From the NCBI GenBank assembly GCA_002297365.1, contig DBKT01000011.1, positions 210,650 to 274,649 on the forward strand: a stretch of DNA of 64,000 nucleotides. The letters run 5' to 3'. Source of the DNA: Bacillales bacterium UBA743 (GTDB lineage: Bacteria; Bacillota_I; Bacilli_A; RFN20; CAG-826). Positions 19,381-27,805 of the stretch are shown here, piece after piece (position 1 is the first letter of the stretch; each line of letters opens with the position of its first letter). The position numbers were made by a program, and so were the translations under genes. The notes below the pieces were generated by a model. It worked only from the letters and a program-made list of their open reading frames with translations, had not been told where the DNA came from and made no database searches.

Positions 19381-20676
19381 ATGAATTGTCCGAAATGCGG
19401 AAAGGAAGTAAAAGATGGCGCAACATTTTGCAAATATTGCGGCTCTCCCATCATCCCTCATAAACAAGTTTGCCCAAAATGCGGCAAAGAAAACGATGAA
19501 GACGCTCTCTTTTGCGAAGAGTGCGGCACTTCGTTAGTTCAAGAAAAGGCTCCCGCCAAAAAAGATACGCGGGGCACTAAGGAGAAGCTTTCTCCTATCT
19601 TTAGCATGATCCTGTCTATTTCGATGATCGTTTATTTTTCTTTGTCGATCATATTACTAGGAAGCAGCTATCTTTATGTGGTTGCGGCAAATGGGGTTAC
19701 TCATATCGGCCTAAAAGAAATATTTGATGTCTTCCAACAAATCAAAAACCAATATTCAGAGACAAGCCTAGGCCATCAAATCATGGATATGGCCAATGGC
19801 GGCCTTGTTTTGGCAGAGGGCGTTTTTGCCTTGCTTTTTTCGGCTGCGATTATCACCTTTGGAGCAATAGGCATCGTCAAAGAAGCAAGGTGTCTAAAAC
19901 AAAGGAAACCTTCTTCTAGCGATATGTGCCTCATTGCCGCCGTCTTATCCACCGCCGCTTTCTATGCCTTAATGTATGGCAGCTTAACCATCGGCCAAGA
20001 AACCGTAGCTGGAATGGGGTTTGGCGTTGCTTTTATTTTCGGCTTGGGTGTGTTCTTGCTCATCTTAAAGATAGTCTATCGCTTCGTGTTTTCTTTCCAA
20101 AAAGGCAAAGGCCTTTGCTTTGCATCTTATATTTGCACTGCTGTTCTTGTATTCCAAACGATTGGTTTGCTTCGTGGACTAGCTGGGAGCTATGTTCTTT
20201 TCACAGATTCTTATTCTTCTACAACAACGACTTATCAAATCGGTTTCATCTCCTTTTTCTATCGAGGAATGGCATCAATAGCTAGTCTTTTAGAAGGAGG
20301 AACTGTAACTGTCGAGGATGCAAATGTTGCAATCGCTTATCTTATTGTCCCTATGGTTTTGACGGCTCTCATTATGATTGCCATTTGCGTTCTTTCTGTT
20401 TTAACGGCCAGAAATCTCTTTATTTCCAAAAAGAGCGCGACCCTGATTGTTTTCCCGGCCATAATTCTTTTCTTATCCATTTCGTTAATAGCTTTAGTTC
20501 CAACGGAAATCATTTGCTTGAAATCCATTAACGAGAACGCTTCCAAAATTCTGGAACAAATTAATCAAGGCAACATTGGTTTTGTTTCTTTGGGCGCTTC
20601 AGGCGTTATTCTCTCAAGCGGAATCGTTTCCTACGTTCTTAAAGCGAAAGCAAAAGAGAACACATACCTCTTATAA
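19381..20676 (+). CDS. Double zinc-ribbon domain membrane protein (N-terminal CxxC...CxxC x2, then about 8 TM helices)
   Basis: CPKCG...CKYCG and CPKCG...CEECG motifs. Long hydrophobic C-terminal region. Strong SD AAGGAGG 7 nt upstream. Confidence 0.5.
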   Translation: MNCPKCGKEVKDGATFCKYCGSPIIPHKQVCPKCGKENDEDALFCEECGTSLVQEKAPAKKDTRGTKEKLSPIFSMILSISMIVYFSLSIILLGSSYLYVVAANGVTHIGLKEIFDVFQQIKNQYSETSLGHQIMDMANGGLVLAEGVFALLFSAAIITFGAIGIVKEARCLKQRKPSSSDMCLIAAVLSTAAFYALMYGSLTIGQETVAGMGFGVAFIFGLGVFLLILKIVYRFVFSFQKGKGLCFASYICTAVLVFQTIGLLRGLAGSYVLFTDSYSSTTTTYQIGFISFFYRGMASIASLLEGGTVTVEDANVAIAYLIVPMVLTALIMIAICVLSVLTARNLFISKKSATLIVFPAIILFLSISLIALVPTEIICLKSINENASKILEQINQGNIGFVSLGASGVILSSGIVSYVLKAKAKENTYLL

Positions 20677-20841
20677 ATAACTCAAAACACGAGTTTTCTC
20701 TTATTTCCATTCACGCCAACAAAAGATAATAACAAAGAAAAGCTGGCATTCCAACAAGAAAGCGCTCTATTTACTTTTTATCTAGATTTCTCTTTCTTTT
20801 TGCTCTAAGGTATCCGAAATACCTTTTTAAAAGGAGCCGAA

Positions 20842-21972
20842 ATGAAACTAGAAAATATTAGAGTGGGCCTCACTTATGACGACCTTCTCCTCATCCCCCA
20901 AGAATCCAGCGTCTTGCCAAAAGAAACGAAAGTCGACACCTGCCTCACCAAACGCATCCATCTAAACATCCCAATCCTATCCGCTGCCATGGATACGGTA
21001 AGCGAGCATGAGATGGGGATCACCCTTGCCCGTTTAGGAGGGTTGGCCATCATCCATAAAAACCTATCGATTGAAAATCAAGCAAAAGAAGTCTCGTTAG
21101 TTAAGGAAGCGGATGTTAAAGGCTACCCTAATGCCGCTTTAGATATAAATGGGCGTCTTCTTTCAGGAGCGGCTATCAGTGTCTCTGATAATATGTTAGA
21201 AAGAGTGTCCGCTCTTCTTAAAGCGGGCGTAGACGTGCTCGTTTTAGATTCTGCACACGGGCATTCCAAAAACATCATCGATGCCGTGAAAACAATAAGG
21301 AAACTATATCCAGAGATAAATCTCATCGCTGGTAACATTGTCACAAAAGAAGCTGCAGCCGCTTTAATTGATGCAGGCGTCGATGCCGTCAAAGTAGGTA
21401 TTGGCCCCGGATCTATTTGCACAACGCGTGTTGTCGCTGGCGTGGGTTGCCCTCAAGCCACGGCTGTGGATGAAGTTGCTAGCTATTGCAAAGAAAAAGG
21501 AATTGGAGTCATTGCCGATGGTGGGCTTAAATATTCAGGCGACATTGTCAAGGCACTCGCTCTTGGCGCAAACGCTGTCATGTTAGGATCCATGTTAGCC
21601 GGATGTGACGAAACACCAGGTGAAATCATCGAATCCAACGGAAAGAAATATAAATCCTATGTTGGAATGGGTTCTTTAGCGGCAATGTCCAGAGGCTCTG
21701 CGGACCGTTATTTCCAAGATAAAAACACGGAACAAAACAAACTTGTCCCAGAAGGCATTGAAGGGATTACTTCTTATAAAGGAAAAGTGTCCGATGTCAT
21801 TTATCAACTACTTGGTGGCCTTCATAGTGGTTTGGGTTATTGCGGCGCTCACAGTCTAGACGAGCTCAAAGAAAAAGCCGTTTTCATCCGAGTCACGAAT
21901 AACGGTTTAATCGAAGGGCACCCTCACGATATAAACATCGTGAAGGATGCACCGAATTATCAAAAAAGATAG
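20842..21972 (+). CDS. guaB: IMP dehydrogenase, short form lacking the CBS/Bateman subdomain
   Basis: Catalytic loop [16 protein letters not shown]-specific flap with RY dyad (GSADRYFQ). K+ site GGLxxGxxxxK-like motifs. 376 aa, with no roughly 120-aa CBS pair. SD AAAAGGAG upstream. Confidence 0.85.
   Translation: MKLENIRVGLTYDDLLLIPQESSVLPKETKVDTCLTKRIHLNIPILSAAMDTVSEHEMGITLARLGGLAIIHKNLSIENQAKEVSLVKEADVKGYPNAALDINGRLLSGAAISVSDNMLERVSALLKAGVDVLVLDSAHGHSKNIIDAVKTIRKLYPEINLIAGNIVTKEAAAALIDAGVDAVKVGIGPGSICTTRVVAGVGCPQATAVDEVASYCKEKGIGVIADGGLKYSGDIVKALALGANAVMLGSMLAGCDETPGEIIESNGKKYKSYVGMGSLAAMSRGSADRYFQDKNTEQNKLVPEGIEGITSYKGKVSDVIYQLLGGLHSGLGYCGAHSLDELKEKAVFIRVTNNGLIEGHPHDINIVKDAPNYQKR
21842..21972 (+). 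repeat. Left copy of a 131-bp direct repeat (the last 43 codons plus stop of guaB); putative attL of the integrated element
   Basis: Nearly identical (4 mismatches) to 25842..25972. Both copies end exactly at the TAG stop codon. Confidence 0.85.
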
Positions 21973-22358
21973 CCTAAGTAAAATCGAATCTTCAAGGCGC
22001 AATTTGCGATCCAATTTGTGGATTCTTGGTTCTTGATGTGGTTATGGGCGTTCCTCCAGCTTAGCACCAGCCCTTAGGCAGAAAAACATGCGCGTCGTTT
22101 CTCTCAACGATATCCCTGCCAATGAGGGTAATAATTTTAGTCCCTAAATCTAATTCCATCTTTTTCCTCCTCCGGGTATTGACGTTATGAATCTGATTTC
22201 CAAATTTTCTTTAGGCTCCCCATACACTTGTGACGATATTGCCTTTTAAAATCGTTTTAGCCTCACATTTCAAGCATTTTTCTTCAAATCCACTAAAAGT
22301 CAGAGTCTTAATCTCCGTATTGGAGAATAGGGATTCCAAATCGTATTTTGATTTAAAG

Positions 22359-23501
22359 TTAAGAGACTTTATTTTTCTTCTTGCAAGATGAGTAAGAGAA
22401 ACCGGGAAAAAGCTTCCTTTGCTTAATAAAAAGTTTTTTTCTTTGATTTAAAGTCAGCGAAGAAATAGACATCTTATCGTCAGGATACTCTTCAAACCCC
22501 GAATCCTCCCATCCGCACACAGGGCATATCTCATGGCTGAGGGCGTCCGGGAAAGTGTGCTCCCCGCAGCATGGGCATTCATGAGGCTCCTTCTCCTCTA
22601 CTTGTGTCTGTATCTCTATCCCCTTTTCGCCTGTTTCGTTTCCTGTCTTTATTCTTCTCTTTTCACCTTTCTTTGGCTCATAGATAAAACTATCATTAAC
22701 TTGATAAAAAGAGACTACATAACCGTTCCGTGTCACAATGACGAGAGTTCCATCACGGACATCATATTTGTAGGTTTTTCCTTTCCAATCCGCCAAATTC
22801 TTCAAGTGTTTATGATCCGATGAGTTCGCAAAACGAACGGCGAAGGAAGCATAATCATCAGGACTAGGAGTGGAAAAATCCGATGCGTTCGCAAAGAATT
22901 GTTCTAGAAGATATCGCTTGTTAAAAGCCTTTGCCAATTTACGAAGATTGTTTTTCGCTTTTGTTTTTCCTTCATTCTCCTTAGGAGCTCTATTTTTTCT
23001 CCCTCTCGGCCTTCCTAAAGGCGAGAAACGGAATTTAGGATTTCGTTTTCTGTGCTCAGTGAACCATGACTTTCTTTCGTTTAGGCTCATACAAAAATAT
23101 GATATTCTCTCATCTGGCTCATCCTCAAACCCCGAATCCTCCCATCCGCACACAGGGCATATCTCATGGCTGAGGGCGTCCGGGAAAGTGTGCTCCCCGC
23201 AGCATGGGCATTCATGAGGCTCTTTCTTTTGGGGTTGCTCGTTATCATATTCCCATTTGGGATTGCCGCGCTTTTTTGCTTTATACCAGGCTTTGTACTC
23301 ATTTAAGGACATCACATTGGATTGCTTCTCTAAATTAGGATTCCGAAATTGTTCAAGGTCGTAAAACCAACCGCAACAGGTGCACTGCAAATCGTTCGGT
23401 GTTTTTCCGTCTTCTATTTCTTCTTCCGAAAGTTTTGTAAAATAAAACTTATGACAGACGGGGCAAAGCATGGGCTTCACCTGTTTTATTTTTTTATCCA
23501 T
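22359..23501 (-). CDS. Cysteine-rich CPCC-type zinc-ribbon repeat protein (three CPCC modules) with a central domain homologous to the adjacent 125-aa ORF
   Basis: Three modules of C-P-x-C...C-P/T-C-C-G-W...ED followed by SLNE(R/Y)K motifs. Two are identical at the protein and DNA level (98-bp perfect repeat). The central about 70 aa (FANSSDHKHLKNLADWKGKTYKYDVRDGTLVIVTRNGYVVSFYQV) aligns with the C-terminus of ORF 23486..23863. Confidence 0.5.
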   Translation of the reverse strand: MDKKIKQVKPMLCPVCHKFYFTKLSEEEIEDGKTPNDLQCTCCGWFYDLEQFRNPNLEKQSNVMSLNEYKAWYKAKKRGNPKWEYDNEQPQKKEPHECPCCGEHTFPDALSHEICPVCGWEDSGFEDEPDERISYFCMSLNERKSWFTEHRKRNPKFRFSPLGRPRGRKNRAPKENEGKTKAKNNLRKLAKAFNKRYLLEQFFANASDFSTPSPDDYASFAVRFANSSDHKHLKNLADWKGKTYKYDVRDGTLVIVTRNGYVVSFYQVNDSFIYEPKKGEKRRIKTGNETGEKGIEIQTQVEEKEPHECPCCGEHTFPDALSHEICPVCGWEDSGFEEYPDDKMSISSLTLNQRKKLFIKQRKLFPGFSYSSCKKKNKVS

Positions 23502-23863
23502 ACTGTTTTCTTCCCCCTTCCTTTTTTAGGAACATAAGTAAAATGATCTGCTATGCGGTAATAAGAAATCACATAGCCTTTTTTATCTATCAATGCTAAA
23601 ACGTGATTTACTATATCATATTTATAGGTCGTCCCATTGCAGTCGACAACGCTCTTAAAATGTTTTCGGTCAACTGTATTGGCAAAATGCACCGCCTTTG
23701 AAACATACTCTTCTGCTGTTGTTGCGCCAAACTCTTTTCCATGATCGTGAAAGTGCCTTTCTAAACCGCCTCGATTAAATCCTTTTGCCCAAGCAAAACG
23801 GATATGCTCTGTTCTTGAACCATTCGTATTTCCGTAGCGAAAGCTAGCTCCTTTAGTTGCCAT
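23486..23863 (-). CDS. Small hypothetical protein; possible BECR-fold (RelE/colicin-like) nuclease-toxin-like domain (inference only)
   Basis: 125 aa, basic. Conserved block FANTVDRKHFKSVVDCNGTTYKYDIVNHVLALIDKKGYVISYYRI shared with the neighbouring CPCC protein. Overlaps both neighbours (translational coupling). Confidence 0.4.
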   Translation of the reverse strand: MATKGASFRYGNTNGSRTEHIRFAWAKGFNRGGLERHFHDHGKEFGATTAEEYVSKAVHFANTVDRKHFKSVVDCNGTTYKYDIVNHVLALIDKKGYVISYYRIADHFTYVPKKGRGKKTVWIKK

Positions 23864-24560
23864 AAGAGTTTACCTCCAAATTTCGTTTCCTTCTTTCTTC
23901 AATGAAGGAATCATAAATATAGAATTCCACAAATTTTTTGTAGTCGTCGATGATGTCTTGCGGAAGATGACCAATAACGATAAAACCTCTTGGTTCTAAC
24001 TTTTGAATTAAAGATAGTATCCAAACTCTCCATTCATATCTCTGTTCTTTGCGTTTAATAAAACCATGTACACCTAATGCAATATAGGTATGTTTCGGAA
24101 AGGCTTGTAGATATTCCTCATCGAGACAATCAGAGCCGCCCCTGCAATTGGGAATCAAAGGAATGCCGTTTTTCCCATAGTAGAAAGATAGTGAAAGATT
24201 GTCGTTCAACTGGGCCTTTTGTTTTACAAGGGGCATGTCAGAATGAACGGAGAAATCAAAGCCAACAATTCCTCCACAGCGTTTGAAGAAACTTAAATAT
24301 CTTTTTGGATTTCTGCGAATTCTCTCAAAAGTTTTATCAGGAGAATAAAAATAAACATAATAATCGCTTAAATCACCGCGATAAGTGATTGCCCTTGAAA
24401 AAGGCATGATTTTTCTTGGTGGAATGGAAGAAATCATCGATTCTTCAAGAATTGGGTACTCCTCGTTTTGAGTGAAATTCGCTCCATCCACCAAGAAAGC
24501 TTGGAACGAGTCTTCGACAATTCCGTCTTTGTTTTTGTACATTAGAATACCTCCTAGCAT
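23853..24560 (-). CDS. Hypothetical protein (235 aa, Cys/His-containing; function unknown), first cargo gene downstream of immA
   Basis: ORF with SD AGGAGG 7 nt upstream of the ATG. No recognisable catalytic motif by eye. Confidence 0.4.
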   Translation of the reverse strand: MLGGILMYKNKDGIVEDSFQAFLVDGANFTQNEEYPILEESMISSIPPRKIMPFSRAITYRGDLSDYYVYFYSPDKTFERIRRNPKRYLSFFKRCGGIVGFDFSVHSDMPLVKQKAQLNDNLSLSFYYGKNGIPLIPNCRGGSDCLDEEYLQAFPKHTYIALGVHGFIKRKEQRYEWRVWILSLIQKLEPRGFIVIGHLPQDIIDDYKKFVEFYIYDSFIEERRKRNLEVNSYGN

Positions 24561-24583
24561 TAAGCCGATACAAATTTGAGACG

Positions 24584-24627
24584 GATATGCTACAATTTAC
24601 TCGGTTAGGTGTGCTTTGTAGCATATC
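24584..24627. promoter_or_regulatory. Perfect 12-bp inverted repeat (GATATGCTACAA-N20-TTGTAGCATATC) between immA and the cargo genes; candidate repressor operator
   Basis: Exact reverse-complement arms read directly. Located about 35 bp upstream of the cargo-gene SD. Confidence 0.45.
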
Positions 24628-24666
24628 TCTAATGCTCTTGTTACTGCGAATAACAAGGGCTTTTTA

Positions 24667-25284
24667 TTAGCGGATTTTCTCAATACGTTTATTGAGCGAA
24701 TCCTTTAATAAACCATTTATAATCGTTTCGTAGCGGACCTCTTTTAAGCCATAGCTAGCTTGAGTTCTGCTTATATTGCGACTGACGATAATATTGGCTT
24801 CCGCCTTCGAGACTTCAAATATTTGGCTAACCATTCCTGTATTAAATAGAGTTTGATCGTTTGGCCTTGTTAAAACAAGAGAATTGGGGGCCAATAGATA
24901 TGTCGCACCAAAATTCGCTTCATATTCATTTCTCTCGTTTTGTTCCGTGTGGCCCAAAATTAAATGGCATATTTCATGAGCCAAGGAAAATCTTTGCCTC
25001 TCTTTGGAACAGCCTACATCATCCAAATAAATAACCGTTTTTTCAGTGAATGGATCAAAATAAAGATAGGACTCTTCAGAAGGGCGTTTATAGTAAACAT
25101 ATCCCTTTGTTGATTTTTTCGGATGTTTTTCGCTTTCTAGAATTAATTTTATGTTCATTTTCTCAACTAAATCAAAGACATTAATAGGGATGCAGTTCAC
25201 ATTATAATCTTCTAAAAGATATGCAATCTTAGTTCGAATTGATTCATAATCCCGACAACATAAACGCATAAAAGACCTCGCCAA
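24667..25284 (-). CDS. ImmA/IrrE-family zinc metallopeptidase (anti-repressor protease)
   Basis: HEICHLILGH (HExxH) motif in a roughly 200-aa protein immediately downstream of, and abutting, an XRE repressor gene. Confidence 0.8.
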   Translation of the reverse strand: MARSFMRLCCRDYESIRTKIAYLLEDYNVNCIPINVFDLVEKMNIKLILESEKHPKKSTKGYVYYKRPSEESYLYFDPFTEKTVIYLDDVGCSKERQRFSLAHEICHLILGHTEQNERNEYEANFGATYLLAPNSLVLTRPNDQTLFNTGMVSQIFEVSKAEANIIVSRNISRTQASYGLKEVRYETIINGLLKDSLNKRIEKIR

Positions 25285-25590
25285 CTAACTTTTTAATATA
25301 TATGCGATAAGCATTTTCTTCTCTTTTTCGCTCATATTTTCAAGGCCTCGAGCAAGAAGAACTTTTCTCTTTGCGAAACTAGGAGCATCCTCCACCTCGT
25401 TTCCGATAAGGTCATCGGTTGTAACGCCTAAAGCTTTAGAAAGATTCGCAACCACGTCAATTCTCGGGGTTCTTTCGCCATTAAGATACTTCGACATGGA
25501 AGCTTCCGTGATTCCGGTTTTCTCTGCCAATTGTTTTTGTGTCATTTTCTTTTCATTCATAAACATTTTGACCCTTTCATTGAATTTCAT
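25285..25590 (-). CDS. XRE-family helix-turn-helix transcriptional repressor (ImmR-like). The preferred start is the ATG at 25590, which has an SD; the ORF track extends to 25617.
   Basis: HTH_XRE signature (QKQLAEKTGITEASMSKYLNGERTP). SD AAAGGAGAAAG 7 nt upstream of the ATG at 25590. Confidence 0.8.
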   Translation of the reverse strand: MKFNERVKMFMNEKKMTQKQLAEKTGITEASMSKYLNGERTPRIDVVANLSKALGVTTDDLIGNEVEDAPSFAKRKVLLARGLENMSEKEKKMLIAYILKS

Positions 25591-25626
25591 GGTTCTTTCT
25601 CCTTTGGTTGTTTTCAACTTGCCATT

Positions 25627-25655
25627 ATTGTAATTTTCATTATTATTATTGTCAA
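25627..25655 (-). promoter_or_regulatory. Sigma70/SigA-type promoter for the immR operon (TTGACA-17 nt-TACAAT)
   Basis: Perfect -35 (rc of 25650-25655) and near-consensus -10 (rc of 25627-25632) with a 17-nt spacer, about 30 nt upstream of the immR SD. Confidence 0.55.
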
Positions 25656-25726
25656 TACGGCATATATTATTTAGGACTGCTAATCTTTAAGTAGACAGCA
25701 CATTACAATTTTGCACGCAAATTGCG

Positions 25727-25972
25727 ATGCTCTGTGAACAAGGGGGCCACGAAGATGAAACTCACGGAAGAAGAAAGGCTCCCAGTCGGAAGAATGCTGC
25801 ACGAAGGGATCCCTCCCAACCCCCGTGGGGGGCTTGCGCTGGCGGCACTCACAGTCTAGACGAGCTCAAAGAAAAAGCCGTTTTCATCCGAGTCACGAAT
25901 AACGGTTTAATCGAAGGGCACCCTCACGATATAAGCATCGTGAAGGATGCGCCGAATTACCAAAAAAGATAG
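25727..25972 (+). pseudogene. Non-functional duplicate of the guaB 3' end (last about 43 codons) fused to unrelated GC-rich sequence
   Basis: C-terminal 43 aa near-identical to the GuaB C-terminus. The N-terminal part is unrelated, and there is no promoter or SD. Confidence 0.5.
25842..25972 (+). repeat. Right copy of the 131-bp direct repeat (duplicated guaB 3' end); putative attR
   Basis: Sequence identity with 21842..21972 apart from 4 substitutions. Preceded by an atypically GC-rich stretch of about 100 bp (25740-25845). Confidence 0.85.
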
Positions 25973-26412
25973 GGTTTATTTACATACAAAGAATTCCCTT
26001 GTCAAAAAGGGCTGCTAATCAATCTAATTGTTTTAAACAGCCGCTTTCTTTCATGTACGAAATGTAGGCGACGGAAAGACGACTCAGGAAACAGGAGAAG
26101 GAATCATCTGTGTGTCATCCTTCAATGATTGTTTGGAAAACAGCATCTAGTCCCGAAGTAAAGAAATCCAAACAAAGCATGTCTTTCTCGTTGGTTTGTT
26201 CTCTTAAGACTTTTTCTTTTTCTTTTTTGGATGAATAAAAATAGGTGCGGAAATCACTAACTCTTAAGAGCGAAGACATCATTTGAGCATTCTTCTTCAA
26301 CCAAAAAATAAACCTTTAAGCGTGTCTTGAAAGTTCTCGCTTGCATTATTCATTCGGAACAAATGATGATCAATAATGTAACGAATAAATCGCTTTTAGA
26401 AGCGCCACGAAC

Positions 26413-27513
26413 ATGTATTCCGTTGGAACCGATGAGGCAGGCGTTTATAAGCACTGGGCTTGGTGCCAGGCTACTATTAGTCAGAAAAAAGAGGGTTTTT
26501 GGCTTTGGGAAAAAACCTATATCGATAAGGACTTTTATTCATTTGATATGGTTTCAACCGGAACTTTGACGGTGACTTTAGAAAACATACCAACAAATTG
26601 TGATTATGATTTAAGGCTCTATCGTTTGGAAGACTCACCGATAGCAAATGTCAAAACCATGAATTTTCAAAACCACATTGCAAAAAGTTCTGCTGCAGGA
26701 AATCAAAACGAAAAAATCGAAGTTTCGGCAAAGCCAGGTACATATTACGCTTGTGTTTATTCGTACGAGGATAGAACATATGACAATGATAACCCATATA
26801 AAATCACCTTTGAAGAAGCCATTGATACCGCTAGAGCGGGATCCCATTACAGCATAAGTGAAGGAAGAAACAATGGTGATTTAGGAGCAATTTGGATAAG
26901 TGACTACGCTCCTTTAGGAATCACTCCAAGCACGATTTATCGTGACTACAACAATAAAACGTGTAGACAAACTTATTCGAATTATGATGACTACCCTTAT
27001 ATAAGGCATTTAGCTGACAAATATTCCGATTGGAAAGACATGACTTATGCAATTCTATATGTATGGGATGTTGAAACAAGAGCAGCTATATATGCCACCC
27101 TTAAGTGCCTGTTAAAAACGATTGATGGATATGGTGATTGGGAAGATTCACAAGAAAGAGAAATGAGTATTTTTTTGAATGAAACTAGTCTTTGCGTTAG
27201 CGTAGCCGGCTTAGCGAGCTGCTATGAAACCAGCAATCCATTCTCAACCAGCAAGGGGCGTTTCCGCGACTATCTAATTAGTATGATTAGTGCATTCGAA
27301 ATTGGAATGGGGAGTAATGACAAAGAAGTCGTCATGATGCGTTTTAAATATCATTTCGGAAGATCAAACATGAGATATGTAGAATGGCTTCCAATGTACG
27401 ATGTTGGCGAAGGTACAAGATATAATAGCGATGCCATATCATTTCAAACGAAAGGAAGCGGAATTGACGGAAGAGTATTTGGATTCAAAAACGAGACGGA
27501 CGTCGAATTCTGA
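26413..27513 (+). CDS. Hypothetical cytoplasmic protein with a PPC (pre-peptidase C-terminal)-like beta-sandwich segment
   Basis: 366-aa ORF. The segment TLTVTLENIPTNCDYDLRLYRLED...GTYYACVYSY resembles PPC-type domains. An in-frame stop lies 8 codons upstream, so there is no signal peptide. Confidence 0.4.
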   Translation: MYSVGTDEAGVYKHWAWCQATISQKKEGFWLWEKTYIDKDFYSFDMVSTGTLTVTLENIPTNCDYDLRLYRLEDSPIANVKTMNFQNHIAKSSAAGNQNEKIEVSAKPGTYYACVYSYEDRTYDNDNPYKITFEEAIDTARAGSHYSISEGRNNGDLGAIWISDYAPLGITPSTIYRDYNNKTCRQTYSNYDDYPYIRHLADKYSDWKDMTYAILYVWDVETRAAIYATLKCLLKTIDGYGDWEDSQEREMSIFLNETSLCVSVAGLASCYETSNPFSTSKGRFRDYLISMISAFEIGMGSNDKEVVMMRFKYHFGRSNMRYVEWLPMYDVGEGTRYNSDAISFQTKGSGIDGRVFGFKNETDVEF

Positions 27514-27529
27514 CTAGGGTTGTAAAGGC

Positions 27530-27805
27530 ATGGAAGAAAAACAGACAATACGAACATCGTCAAATAGAAAAACCATTAGTAGACTAAAGTTTTTAGAAGG
27601 ATGGGTACTGTTACTACCGCTCTTGATTTTGATGTTTTTTGATATTTGGATGATTTTTAAATTGGTATTTGGGCTTCAGACATCCACCATCAGTAATCTC
27701 GAAATATATTATTTAATCATGCTGATCTTTATTTTTCTCTTCTTCTTTATGTTTGTTTTTCCCGACCTACGCAAGGAAAACTCCAAAACAGCACAATTGT
27801 GCTAG
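27530..27805 (+). CDS. Small membrane protein (2 TM), hypothetical
   Basis: 91-aa ORF with two hydrophobic helices. Confidence 0.3.
   Translation: MEEKQTIRTSSNRKTISRLKFLEGWVLLLPLLILMFFDIWMIFKLVFGLQTSTISNLEIYYLIMLIFIFLFFFMFVFPDLRKENSKTAQLC

Larger units (their letters stand above)
21973..25841. mobile_element. Integrated genetic-element remnant (about 3.9 kb) inserted at the guaB 3' end. It carries an immR-immA regulatory module and three cargo genes and has no recognisable integrase.
   Basis: Flanking direct repeats of target-gene 3' end. ImmR/ImmA pair typical of ICE/prophage control modules. All five genes are co-oriented on the minus strand. Confidence 0.5.

Noticed and set aside
25591-25617. 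Longer immR start (M at 25617)
   Set aside because: It would place the start codon inside the SD and leader of the second ATG. The ATG at 25590 has a proper SD spacing.
21973-25841. Search for an integrase/recombinase or excisionase in the island
   Set aside because: No ORF shows the R..H..R..Y tyrosine-recombinase or serine-recombinase motifs. The remaining non-coding DNA (about 390 bp) is too small. I therefore describe the element as a remnant or non-autonomous.
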